A program made the translations under genes and the position numbers. Under the pieces are notes generated by a model that was not told where the DNA came from, searched no databases, and was given only the letters and a program-made list of their open reading frames with translations. Below, piece after piece: positions 37,016 to 46,015 of a stretch of 64,000 nucleotides of DNA; position 1 is the first letter of the stretch, and each line of letters begins with the position of its first letter. The DNA lies in the NCBI GenBank assembly GCA_963754875.1, contig CAVWHO010000017.1, forward strand, positions 144,949-208,948. Direction: 5' to 3'. Source of the DNA: Nitrospirota bacterium. GTDB lineage: Bacteria > Nitrospirota > UBA9217.

Positions 37016-39088
37016 CTAATAGGGAGACACGAAGCAGGTACTTAACCCCTTCGATGCCTGTTCCTGCTGCACTACCTTCTGCAGTTGTTGCCCGTTGGAT
37101 TCAAGCAGACTGGAAGCGGACAATTGCCCCCAATTACTGACATGTATGAGCCTGACCACGCTGTTGGCAATGCTTTTTCTTTCATCCGGCGTGATTGCCA
37201 TACACGATGTGCTTTTGCGGCAATATCCGGAATAGCTGCAACTGATATTTTGACACATGTCATTGTCAACGGTTACGCTTTTGGACAAATTCCTCGGCCG
37301 GTCGACATTACAGCCTTTGATCACGGCGACATGATAGGCAAGGAGCTGCAGCGGTACAACGGTGACAAAAGGAACGAGCGCGGGATGTGTCGGCGGCACC
37401 ACGATCATGTCGTCCGCCTTGTCGCGGAAGGCAGCGGGTGAATCCGTGACCACAATGATCCTTCCTCCCATCGCTTTCACCTCCGCGATGTTCGAGAGCA
37501 TCTTTTCGTGCAGGCCGTCGATCGTTGCCAGGAAAACAACGGGGACTCCCTCCTCGATCAGCGCGATGGGGCCATGTTTCATTTCTCCCGCCGGATATCC
37601 GTCAGCGTGAATGTAGGCGAGCTCCTTCATCTTGAGCGCGCCTTCGAGCGCGACAGGGTAGTTTATGCCCCGGCCGACGTACAGCATGCTCTTCGCGTTC
37701 ACGAGGGTCTTTGCGATCTCCTTGACCACGCTGTCGGTTTGGAGCGCCTGTCGAATGAGCCTTGGCAGATCGAGCAGAAATGGTTTGAGCGTCTGAATCT
37801 CGAGGTCGCTGAGCTTGCCTTTCTTGGTACCCAGGGCAATACCCAGGAGGCTCAGGGCGGCAAGCTGAGCGGTAAAGGCCTTGGTGGACACCACGCCGAT
37901 CTCCAGCCCCGCACGCGTGTAGAGGACCGAATCAGCCTCGCGCGTGGTCGTGCTGCCGACGACATTGCAGATCGTTAAGGTCCTCGCTCCTTTTCCCTTC
38001 GCTTCCCGCTGTGCTGCGAGGGTATCGGCTGTTTCTCCGGACTGCGTAATGGTGATGAGTACCGTTCCTTTCGGGATGACCGGGCACATGTCGCGGAACT
38101 CCGAGGCGATGTCCACGGCCACGGGGATGCGGACGAACTTCTCGATCATATACCGGCCGACGAGGCCTGCATGGTACGATGTACCGCAGGCTGCAATATG
38201 GAGCCGCCTGAGGTCCTTGACGCTACCCGCGATACCCATCTCCTCCATGAGCCTGTTCGTGTCGTCGATCCACTCCCGCAGGGTATCCATGACCCCCTGG
38301 GGTTGCTCGTATATCTCCTTGAGCATAAAATGATCATATCCCTGCTTCTCGGCCATTGCGGGCGTCCAGTTGACCGTTACGATTTTCCCTTCAAGCTGCA
38401 CCGATTCCCGGGTCTCGGCATGCTTCAGTTCGACCCCGGTGCTCCTGAGCGCGGCCAGGTGCCCCTCTTCGAGATAAATGAAGTTCCTCGTATAGGGGAG
38501 AAGCGCGGGAACATCAGATGCGAGGTACTGTGCATCCGTGCCTATCCCAATGACGAGCGGGCTGCCGTTGCGAATCGCGAACAGCGTGTCCGGCGTGCCT
38601 TCGTAGATGATCCCCAGCGCATAAGCCCCGCGAAGGTGCGCGATCGCTTGTCGGATCGCCTCATCGATGGGAAGGCCGCGGTCAAGGTAACTCGCGATGA
38701 GCTGAGGCACCACCTCCGAGTCCGTCTGGGATGTGAAAACATGTCCGGTAGCTGCCAATTCGGTCCGCAACTCGCGGTAATTTTCAATGATGCCGTTGTG
38801 TACCACGGAGACGCCTTTCACGGTGTGCGGTTGGGCATTGACTGTGGACGGCGCCCCATGGGTGGCCCATCGCGTGTGGCCGATGCCGATCGTAATGGCT
38901 GGTAAGGGGGTAGGCAGTAGCTTCTGGAGGTCCTTCAGCTTGCCTGGAGTCTTGTAAACCTCGATTCCCGATCCGTTCTTAAAAGCAATTCCTGACGAAT
39001 CGTAACCACGGTATTCCAAACGGGTAAGGCCATCAAAGAGAAGCTGCAGAGAATCCTTTTTTCCAACATATCCCACGATTCCGCTCAT
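37016..39088 (-). CDS. glmS: glutamine--fructose-6-phosphate aminotransferase GlmS homolog, atypical: Ser instead of the catalytic N-terminal Cys, and an 83-aa C-terminal extension beyond the canonical ...KSVTVD end
   Basis: MSGIVGYVG... (ATG AGC GGA) where GlmS proteins have MCGIVG. Canonical end ...AYHVAVIKGCNVDRPRNLSKSVTVD at 37265, but the frame stays open to 37016. Confidence 0.85.
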   Translation of the reverse strand: MSGIVGYVGKKDSLQLLFDGLTRLEYRGYDSSGIAFKNGSGIEVYKTPGKLKDLQKLLPTPLPAITIGIGHTRWATHGAPSTVNAQPHTVKGVSVVHNGIIENYRELRTELAATGHVFTSQTDSEVVPQLIASYLDRGLPIDEAIRQAIAHLRGAYALGIIYEGTPDTLFAIRNGSPLVIGIGTDAQYLASDVPALLPYTRNFIYLEEGHLAALRSTGVELKHAETRESVQLEGKIVTVNWTPAMAEKQGYDHFMLKEIYEQPQGVMDTLREWIDDTNRLMEEMGIAGSVKDLRRLHIAACGTSYHAGLVGRYMIEKFVRIPVAVDIASEFRDMCPVIPKGTVLITITQSGETADTLAAQREAKGKGARTLTICNVVGSTTTREADSVLYTRAGLEIGVVSTKAFTAQLAALSLLGIALGTKKGKLSDLEIQTLKPFLLDLPRLIRQALQTDSVVKEIAKTLVNAKSMLYVGRGINYPVALEGALKMKELAYIHADGYPAGEMKHGPIALIEEGVPVVFLATIDGLHEKMLSNIAEVKAMGGRIIVVTDSPAAFRDKADDMIVVPPTHPALVPFVTVVPLQLLAYHVAVIKGCNVDRPRNLSKSVTVDNDMCQNISCSYSGYCRKSTSCMAITPDERKSIANSVVRLIHVSNWGQLSASSLLESNGQQLQKVVQQEQASKGLSTCFVSPY

Positions 39089-39713
39089 GATTTCGCTCCC
39101 TCGACTTGCCGGGTCTCATGCCAGTGATAACGGCATTGCTATTTTGGACTTGACATATATAAAGCAAGAAGGGTGCCGGATTAATGAAGGAAACGGCCAA
39201 GGCGTGATAAAATACCGTTAATCCCTTTATTTCCTCTATTTCTTCTATTTTTTAATAAGTTACTCGCACGCTTCCTTCTCATTAGAACATAATTAAAGAG
39301 AGGAACGAAATATGATTTTGCCCTGAAATTTCACCTATCGCGGAGAAGGACATTAAAAAAAAATTGAGTTCTCCAATAAGTGGTTCCAGGGTATACAATA
39401 AAAAATCAGAATTTTAAGTAATTATTCAATATAATATGGTGATGTATCTATGAGATACAATATATTATAATATTATTCAATTGTTTATATAATGTGTATC
39501 AAATATATACACAAAATCCGGCCCCGCTACCAAGAACTCATAACTCGACACAGCAATAACATTTCCTTTGAGCCGACAATCACCCTTTGATTTGCTTGAT
39601 TTTTTCCCCAAGTTGTCCTATTCTCAGGGTAAAAAAGGAGAAGGAAAAGGAAAGGAAGAATTAAGAAGGAAGAAGGGGAAAATAAAAGAACTTCTTAATT
39701 CCTCAATTGTCTT
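39089..39713. other. 625-bp AT-rich intergenic region between divergent glmS and sspB-like genes, dense in short inverted repeats and a polypurine tract
   Basis: GTATCTATGAGATAC and TGTGTATCAAATATATACACA palindromes; GGAGAAGGAAAAGGAAAGGAAG tract at 39637. The same 16-mer GGAGAAGGAAAAGGAA occurs at 8598. Confidence 0.4.
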
Positions 39714-40124
39714 ATGAAAAAACAGGTAGAGTATCTGCAGAGGTTGTTTTACGATATTTGGAATGATTTTGGAAGCGTCTATCTCATCGTGAAATATTCA
39801 AGCACTACCAGCATCGGCAGACGCGGGTTTACCGAAGAAGAGAAGAAACAGGGGCTGCTGCTCGTTTTTAACGATAAGACCAACACCACGCTGGACTGGG
39901 ACGCCGAGGGAAATCTCACCTGCGTCCTCGCCTTCGGCACCCGCAAAGAAGACGTCTTCATCCATCACGATGATCTGCTGGGCGTGTATTCACCGGAGGC
40001 ACGGGTGCAGTTTCTCAGGAGCGATGTCAGCAACGAACCTGCCGAATCGCCCGAAACGGATGCCGGGCAGCGTGATAAAAACCACGTCGTTTCGATCAGC
40101 AATTTCAAACAAAGGAAGAAGTAA
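39714..40124 (+). CDS. sspB: SspB-like ClpXP adaptor protein (stringent starvation protein B family), tentative
   Basis: EYLQRLFYDIWNDFGSVYLIVKY and LLLVFNDKT...CVLAFGTRKEDVFIHHDDLLGVYSPE parallel the SspB N-domain; basic C-terminal tail. Confidence 0.5.
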   Translation: MKKQVEYLQRLFYDIWNDFGSVYLIVKYSSTTSIGRRGFTEEEKKQGLLLVFNDKTNTTLDWDAEGNLTCVLAFGTRKEDVFIHHDDLLGVYSPEARVQFLRSDVSNEPAESPETDAGQRDKNHVVSISNFKQRKK

Positions 40125-40177
40125 AAAGGTCTGTTCTCGATTCTTTTTTCCAATTGCCTGCAGGAGGGGACACAAAG

Positions 40178-40558
40178 ATGTTAACGAGAATCAGTGTTGC
40201 CGCGTTCGCATTCATGATGTGCATCTCGCCCGCTGCTGCCGAACAACGACTCGGGGTCGCCGTGTATCCCGGAGCGAAATACGATTTCATCAGGACGAAG
40301 CTGCTCGCGGAGAACCCGTCAGTTCAAGGGGCGGCATACCGGACCGGCGACGATCTCGCAAAGGTCACAGCCTTTTACCGGGAGCATGGGCTCCTGTTCC
40401 TGAAGATCGGCAGTACGTCGAAAGAGGAAGTGCGGTTCAAGAAAGTAGATATTAACGTGGATGTGGTCGTTCAGCAGCCGTGGAGGGACCCGCAAACGGG
40501 CGCCACAATGAAGGACACCCTTATTCTGATTTTAAAAGAAAAGGAGCAGGGGAAGTAG
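40178..40558 (+). CDS. secreted hypothetical protein
   Basis: Signal peptide MLTRISVAAFAFMMCISPAAA. Confidence 0.5.
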   Translation: MLTRISVAAFAFMMCISPAAAEQRLGVAVYPGAKYDFIRTKLLAENPSVQGAAYRTGDDLAKVTAFYREHGLLFLKIGSTSKEEVRFKKVDINVDVVVQQPWRDPQTGATMKDTLILILKEKEQGK

Positions 40559-40560
40559 TG

Positions 40561-40749
40561 ATGCCGAAACGGCCTGTTGTAGATCAAGACCTGTGCATAG
40601 GCTGCGGACACTGCGCGGAAGTGTGCCCCAAGGTCTTCGATCTCATCGACGACAAGTCGAACGTGACCGGGCCGCACCAGTGCGGCACCTGCAACTGCCA
40701 GGAGGCGATCGATACCTGCCCGGTGCAGGCGATCTCATGGGAAGAGTAG
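40561..40749 (+). CDS. small 4Fe-4S ferredoxin (62 aa)
   Basis: CIGCGHCAEVCP ... C....CP cluster ligands; ATG 40561. Confidence 0.75.
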   Translation: MPKRPVVDQDLCIGCGHCAEVCPKVFDLIDDKSNVTGPHQCGTCNCQEAIDTCPVQAISWEE

Positions 40750-41052
40750 GCGCGATATAAACACGAGAGACCCGAACCGGAAGTTTGCGCAACCGTCCTT
40801 ATGAGAGAGGTGTCTATGAAACAGATCGCTGACAAAACCTCGTTCTGCCTGCCCTGGACCCAGACGCTCCTGGGCACTTATGTGAACGAACGGCAAGGTG
40901 AACTTCATGGCCCTGGACTGGCTCACGCGCGCGAACCGGGGCCACGCCTCGAACGACGCCATCCGAGTGACCCGGCCCTGCCGGGAGGCTTGCCCAGTGC
41001 TATAATTTAATTATCCACAACAAATATCCTGAAGGAAAAGGGGTGAGTCTCT

Positions 41053-41231
41053 ATGAACATCGATCTGGACAAGAAAGAACGGGACCTGCTCGTTCATGAA
41101 CTGGAGGAGACCACGATTCCGCAGATCAGGGAGCTGGTCGCCTCAGGCATGCGGAAGATCAGCCGCGATGAGCTTAAAATGGACGAGGAAGTGCTGAAGA
41201 ACGTGCTTGAAAAATTGAAAAAGGCCGCGTG
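41053..41231 (+). CDS. small hypothetical protein (59 aa)
   Basis: SD AAGGGGTG before ATG 41053. Product MNIDLDKKERDLLVHELEETTIPQIRELVASGMRKISRDELKMDEEVLKNVLEKLKKAA. Confidence 0.4.
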
Positions 41232-41506
41232 ATCAGTTTCAGCTTCGGTCGTAAACAGCGGATCGATCCATCGCCCGGACCTTGGAGGGAGAGGTACTTT
41301 TTTAAGTGCCTCTTTTTTTGTGGTTCAGGAGAAAAGTGAACGGACAATTAAGACCGCTGCACAAAGGGCCCCTTTACTTTTTTGTGCAGCGGTCTCCCCC
41401 ACAGGCTGAAGAAATTGCATCGCATCTAATCGTTGGTAGGGAAAAGGAAGAAGTAAGAAATAAAGGAATTTCTAAATTCATGCATTCTTAATTCTTTCTT
41501 TAGCCA

Positions 41507-42817
41507 CTAGTACCATTCAAAGCCATAGTTATAACCTGCCTGGTCAGCGTAGATGACCCTGAAGACACCCGGAGTAAAACTCTGTGAGGCCGGCGCCGTG
41601 CTGCCGCTGGTTGTCAAATTAATGCTGCCTCGTACCCTGTTCGCGGCGCTCCAGCCCGAGTCTCCGATCTCATACCCGGCGTTGCCAAATACGGTCGAAA
41701 GCTCGGCATCGGAAGGCTGGACCCAGGAGCCATCATTCAGTTTCTTCCACCATTGCCATTCGATATTCGTAATGTTACCGTTGGCCATCGTGAGCCTGAT
41801 TTGAGGCATATACATGTTATAGAGGTTCGAATCGATCGTTTGTGAGTTCACGTTCTGGAAGGTAAACACCGTCGAGCCCACGGTTACCGTATAAGTCCCC
41901 GCGGGAGGCGTGGCAGGCGTTGTTGCACTGCCGCCGCAGAAAAAGTTCAGGTTCCTGCCTGATGTGTCTGCAACGTTCCAGCACGGCGTCTGATCATTTG
42001 ACCCGTTCACGGTTGCCGGAGTATGGAGTGCAGCACTCGGCCAGCTGGCGGAAGGCATATCCGGATTTGCCCAGAAATAATATTCATACCCTTTGTAGGT
42101 TATGGCCGTATGGTCGCTCCAGGCCCCCTGAATAGCGGAAAAACTGCTGCTGCCGTTAAATTCATAATCAAGCCCCAGGGAGTAAGACTTGTTTTCCTGA
42201 TGATCGATCACTCCGTTTCCATCAATGTCCACATTACTCAACCTTGTCATGGCGATGTCCATGATGCCGTACGCCGTCGCTATCGCTTGAGAGAGTCCGA
42301 GGTCTTGAAGAAGCGCGGACGACGTTATGGAACCCTGGGCCTCGCTCCCGCTGAGAGAAACAGTACCCAGATTGATGTCCGTCGAATTCAAATTGATGGG
42401 GAAGGAATGCATGCCCGTCGTAGCGTCGGTTTTATAGAGGCCGACGATCGAAGTCCCATTTAAAAGACCGATGATATAAGGCTTACCCTTATCGAGGTTG
42501 AGGGAAAAATCGCTTCCGCTTGTTGTTGCTGTTGCAAACGTCCCGTCGGAGCTGACGGCCACGATGTTGCTGACCGTGGTCCCGGCTGCAAAAGCGCTTT
42601 TTAACGGAGACAGGTAAGCCAGCAAGCGGCTGAATCGGGTGTCTGTTGCGGCCATGGTAACGGTTGCGTTGTCCAGCTTTCCAGTGATTTTAACGGTGCC
42701 ATTGCCCGCTCCCGCTCCGGGTCCGGACCCGGAGCCGCCGCTGCTGCAGCCTGATGCGACAATACCGATCGCGCAGACTGTCGCGATCATAAGAACATGA
42801 ACTCTGCCAATCTTCAT
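41507..42817 (-). CDS. lipoprotein of unknown function with EF-hand-like Ca-binding loop
   Basis: Signal/lipobox MKIGRVHVLMIATVCAIGIVASGC; DIDGNGVIDHQE matches the DxDxNGxIxxxE EF-hand loop; C-terminus GFEWY. Confidence 0.65.
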   Translation of the reverse strand: MKIGRVHVLMIATVCAIGIVASGCSSGGSGSGPGAGAGNGTVKITGKLDNATVTMAATDTRFSRLLAYLSPLKSAFAAGTTVSNIVAVSSDGTFATATTSGSDFSLNLDKGKPYIIGLLNGTSIVGLYKTDATTGMHSFPINLNSTDINLGTVSLSGSEAQGSITSSALLQDLGLSQAIATAYGIMDIAMTRLSNVDIDGNGVIDHQENKSYSLGLDYEFNGSSSFSAIQGAWSDHTAITYKGYEYYFWANPDMPSASWPSAALHTPATVNGSNDQTPCWNVADTSGRNLNFFCGGSATTPATPPAGTYTVTVGSTVFTFQNVNSQTIDSNLYNMYMPQIRLTMANGNITNIEWQWWKKLNDGSWVQPSDAELSTVFGNAGYEIGDSGWSAANRVRGSINLTTSGSTAPASQSFTPGVFRVIYADQAGYNYGFEWY

Positions 42818-43137
42818 GATACGCCCCTTTCTTTTCCACAAAAAGATATTGAGCTGATCGTACACCCCTTTTCCCGCACACGCAACATAAAGTTGCAGTT
42901 TACGTTGTGCAAAACGCAACAGGTTGTTTTCAAGAAAAGAAAATATTTTGCCTTGCCGCATCAATACTGATTTTGTTCTTTGCCTTCTGCAATTCTCACG
43001 CAAAACTGTTGACTGGACTGCCTCTTTCCGTTATGGTGATCATGACCGCCCGCGCTGTCCCGTACTCCTAGTGCAGCACACTGCGACGGGATTACGAGGT
43101 CTGCGGCCGGACCGAAATACGGACTCCTCACTGCCTG

Positions 43138-43653
43138 TTGAAGATGGTCTTTTCGTACTACAATAAACTGTCATCAGCCCAAAAGCGCGTCTATCGGAAG
43201 AGCGACGAGATTCACGCGGTGCCCCTCGTTGATGGCAGGACATTCCAGCCGCTCATCGCGCGCCTGGCTTCGGCTTTGGAGCAGGAAGACCGGGCGCAGA
43301 CAGAAGAGATCTGTAGAGCGCTCGCCTTGGGCCTCGCAAACGGTCTCGGTGTCCCTCCGCTTCGCCTGAAAGTGCTTCCAGCGCGGCCGGCCGGCGGATG
43401 GGGAGAACTGCACGGCTTGTATGAACTGGCCCAAGGCAGGGCATCCGCTGTCATAACCCTTTGGATGCGCACGGCAAGGCACAAGCGCGTGGTTGCCTTT
43501 CGTACGTTCCTGCGCACGTTCCTGCACGAGTTCTGCCATCATCTGGACTATCACCGGTACGGCCTGGACGACTCGTTCCATACCGAGGGGTTCTATAAGC
43601 GGGAATCGAGCCTCTTTCATCAATTGGTGCCGGAGTCGCACCCAACCTCATAA
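43138..43653 (+). CDS. hypothetical protein with HExxH (HEFCHH) zinc-metallopeptidase-like motif
   Basis: 171 aa; RTFLHEFCHHLDYHRYG. Confidence 0.5.
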   Translation: MKMVFSYYNKLSSAQKRVYRKSDEIHAVPLVDGRTFQPLIARLASALEQEDRAQTEEICRALALGLANGLGVPPLRLKVLPARPAGGWGELHGLYELAQGRASAVITLWMRTARHKRVVAFRTFLRTFLHEFCHHLDYHRYGLDDSFHTEGFYKRESSLFHQLVPESHPTS

Positions 43654-43856
43654 ACACAACTGAATAGAGATACGCGAAATGCAGAAGCAGCCATGGCGAC
43701 AGGGTCTTCGATTTCAAGGTACTTCAGATAATCAACGGCTTCGTGATACTGTGTGATCTATGAGAGAATTGTCCAAAATCACCCTATAGTTTCAGCCAGA
43801 GTTGCCGATAAGACAGATGGATGCTAAATGTTGCATAATGAAAGGAGCAAATAATC

Positions 43857-44090
43857 ATGTCAGATGCAATTTCTGGAATTGTTTCCGGGCAACCAGCTTA
43901 TCAGCCTCAGCAAGTGGCTTCTCAGCAACCAGCAACACAGGGAGCTGCCCCATCATCCAAGGATGATATTGTAACTATCTCGTCTCAGGGCAAGCAAGCA
44001 ACACAACAACCCGCCCCTTACTCGCCGACTGAGGAAAAGAACGAGTCTTACGCTCAGAAGACCGCAGAGGCCCAGGCTGGCAAGAAGTAG
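43857..44090 (+). CDS. small Gln/Ala/Pro-rich low-complexity protein (77 aa)
   Basis: SD AAAGGAG before ATG 43857. Confidence 0.45.
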   Translation: MSDAISGIVSGQPAYQPQQVASQQPATQGAAPSSKDDIVTISSQGKQATQQPAPYSPTEEKNESYAQKTAEAQAGKK

Positions 44091-44227
44091 CAGTTTTAAG
44101 AAATGGGATGTTTTTATAGAGCACATCGGTACATCGGTGTGCTTATTTTGTTTCCAAGCTGACACACGTCGGAAAGGTAATGAGGGATTGTCGGCCGGCT
44201 GAAGGGAGCGTTGCCAGGAGATAGAAA

Positions 44228-44488
44228 TCAAGATTTGATGGGATCCCTTTTCAAATAGCAGCTCTCGCAGAAGGCCTTCCCATCAACGGAATAGTAGCCT
44301 TTGTTAGAGCAATCGCGATAAAAATTCCGTGTCGGCGAGCATGCCTCGTTACCGACAGCCGACGGTACGCACAATTGCAATTTGCATGCGGAACAAGTCA
44401 GTCTTTTCGGACAAGGACAGTGCTCGCAGTCTTTGTCAGGACATCCGGGGCATGGCTGCGCTGTTGAAGAATCCACAATAGTCTCCAA
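44228..44488 (-). CDS. small Cys-rich protein (16 Cys in 86 aa; CxxC pairs)
   Basis: CPGCPDKDCEHCPCPKRLTCSACKLQLC... Confidence 0.45.
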   Translation of the reverse strand: METIVDSSTAQPCPGCPDKDCEHCPCPKRLTCSACKLQLCVPSAVGNEACSPTRNFYRDCSNKGYYSVDGKAFCESCYLKRDPIKS

Positions 44489-44740
44489 GATCTACGATCC
44501 TAAAGCCGGAATAAAAATGCCGGTGTCAACCATCTGTTCTGCGTGGTGCCGTATGGCAGGGCCGACGTTGTTATCTGCCGCCTTTCTGTTGCAGTGCCCG
44601 GTTTTCTAAAGAGTGAGCGCCCGGGGACGCGCTGGGCTCATGAAAAATTATAGTCGAACCCTGATTAATTTCAATCGGGGATTCCCTGATTGCTCTTCTG
44701 TGAGAAGCGAATGTAGGTCCGGCGCGCTTGCTTGGCCTGA

Positions 44741-45394
44741 TCAGTCTTCGAGGGAGGTTATGCCTTCGCGGATGGCGAATTTCGTAAGATCGGCGATGCT
44801 GCGGGTATTCAATTTGGTCATGATCTGGTGGCGGTGCGTTTCTACGGTCTTCACGCTGACGTCGAGCAGGGCTGCAACTTCCCGTGTTGTTTTGCCTTCC
44901 GCCAGGAGCTGGAGCACCTCCCGTTCCCGGGCAGTGAGCGTTGATTTAGCTGCTTTCCGGCCTTGCCGGGACGCCCGCGTCTCGCCTTCGCGATGAACAG
45001 CCGCGTTCTGGGGGCAGAAATATCGTTGGTTCTCCAGTACTGCGCGAACGGCCTTCAGCAACTCCGTGTACCCGCAGGTCTTGTGTATATAACCCGATGC
45101 GCCGGCATCGAGCATGTCCAGAACAAACCGCTTCTCCCTGTGTTTGGACAGGGCTATGATCTTGATGCCGGGACATTTGCCGACAATGCGTCGCGTCGCT
45201 TCCATCCCGTTCATCCGGGGCATGGAAATGTCCATGATGACTACATCGGGAGTAAGCCGCTGCGCCAATTGGACAGCCTCGCGACCGTCATTCGCCTCGG
45301 CAACGACTTTCATGTCCGCCTGTTTGTCGAAAAGCGTTCTCAGCCCTTCGCGCACGATCTCATGATCGTCGGCAAGAAGGATTTTAATGCTCAT
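44741..45394 (-). CDS. NarL/FixJ-family response regulator (REC + LuxR HTH)
   Basis: MSIKILLADDHEIVREGL ... LTAREREVLQLLAEGKTTREVAALLDVSVKTVETHRHQIMTKL. Confidence 0.85.
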   Translation of the reverse strand: MSIKILLADDHEIVREGLRTLFDKQADMKVVAEANDGREAVQLAQRLTPDVVIMDISMPRMNGMEATRRIVGKCPGIKIIALSKHREKRFVLDMLDAGASGYIHKTCGYTELLKAVRAVLENQRYFCPQNAAVHREGETRASRQGRKAAKSTLTAREREVLQLLAEGKTTREVAALLDVSVKTVETHRHQIMTKLNTRSIADLTKFAIREGITSLED

Positions 45395-46015
45395 ACGTCT
45401 CCTCTTTGCAGTCTTGAATCAGCATGAATGAACCACGAATGTCGGTTGTCAGTGTTGTTGTTTCAGATGGACAGTGCAATGGGTGAGTTAAACAGGATGA
45501 ATGGTACCTTAAATCGTGGCAAATGACAATCGGGGAATTCCTTAGTATTGCTTTTTAAACGTTTCCCGTTCGACTTTTTCCGTCGGTTCATTCTGCTTTC
45601 ATCTATGCCTCATATGATATGATACCTCTTGCAAAAATTTAGTCAAGACCGCATCGAAGGTCCTCCACACCGTACCGTTATCCACTGCAACATGCCGGGG
45701 CTTTTATTTTGACAGCGCTCCCTTTTTTTGCTAAAGTTCCTGCATGACGCGCCACTCCTCAGAGAACATGCCCGTACTGTTTACCCGTTCAAAAACGCTG
45801 GCGTTCTCTATCACGATGGTGAAGTCGCATAACCTCAAGCGGCAATGAAAAGAGGGGGATGTTCAAAGCAGACCAGGACCGTATCTGAGAGGTGACCCAT
45901 GCAGGAGGAACAGAAGCACATACCCGGATCGGTCTGAGCGCCGTCGAGCGGCACCGGGGGGTGTTGCCAGGCGGGTCAGCAGCCGGGGCTGCAACCGGAA
46001 GAGATCAGGAGCGCG

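Noticed and set aside
37085-38905. Several plus-strand ORFs (118-244 aa)
   Set aside because: All antisense to glmS. No motifs.
39089-39713. glmS ribozyme or other riboswitch in the long glmS leader
   Set aside because: I could not recognise glmS-ribozyme core sequences by eye. The organism looks Gram-negative-like. Left as an unexplained AT-rich leader.
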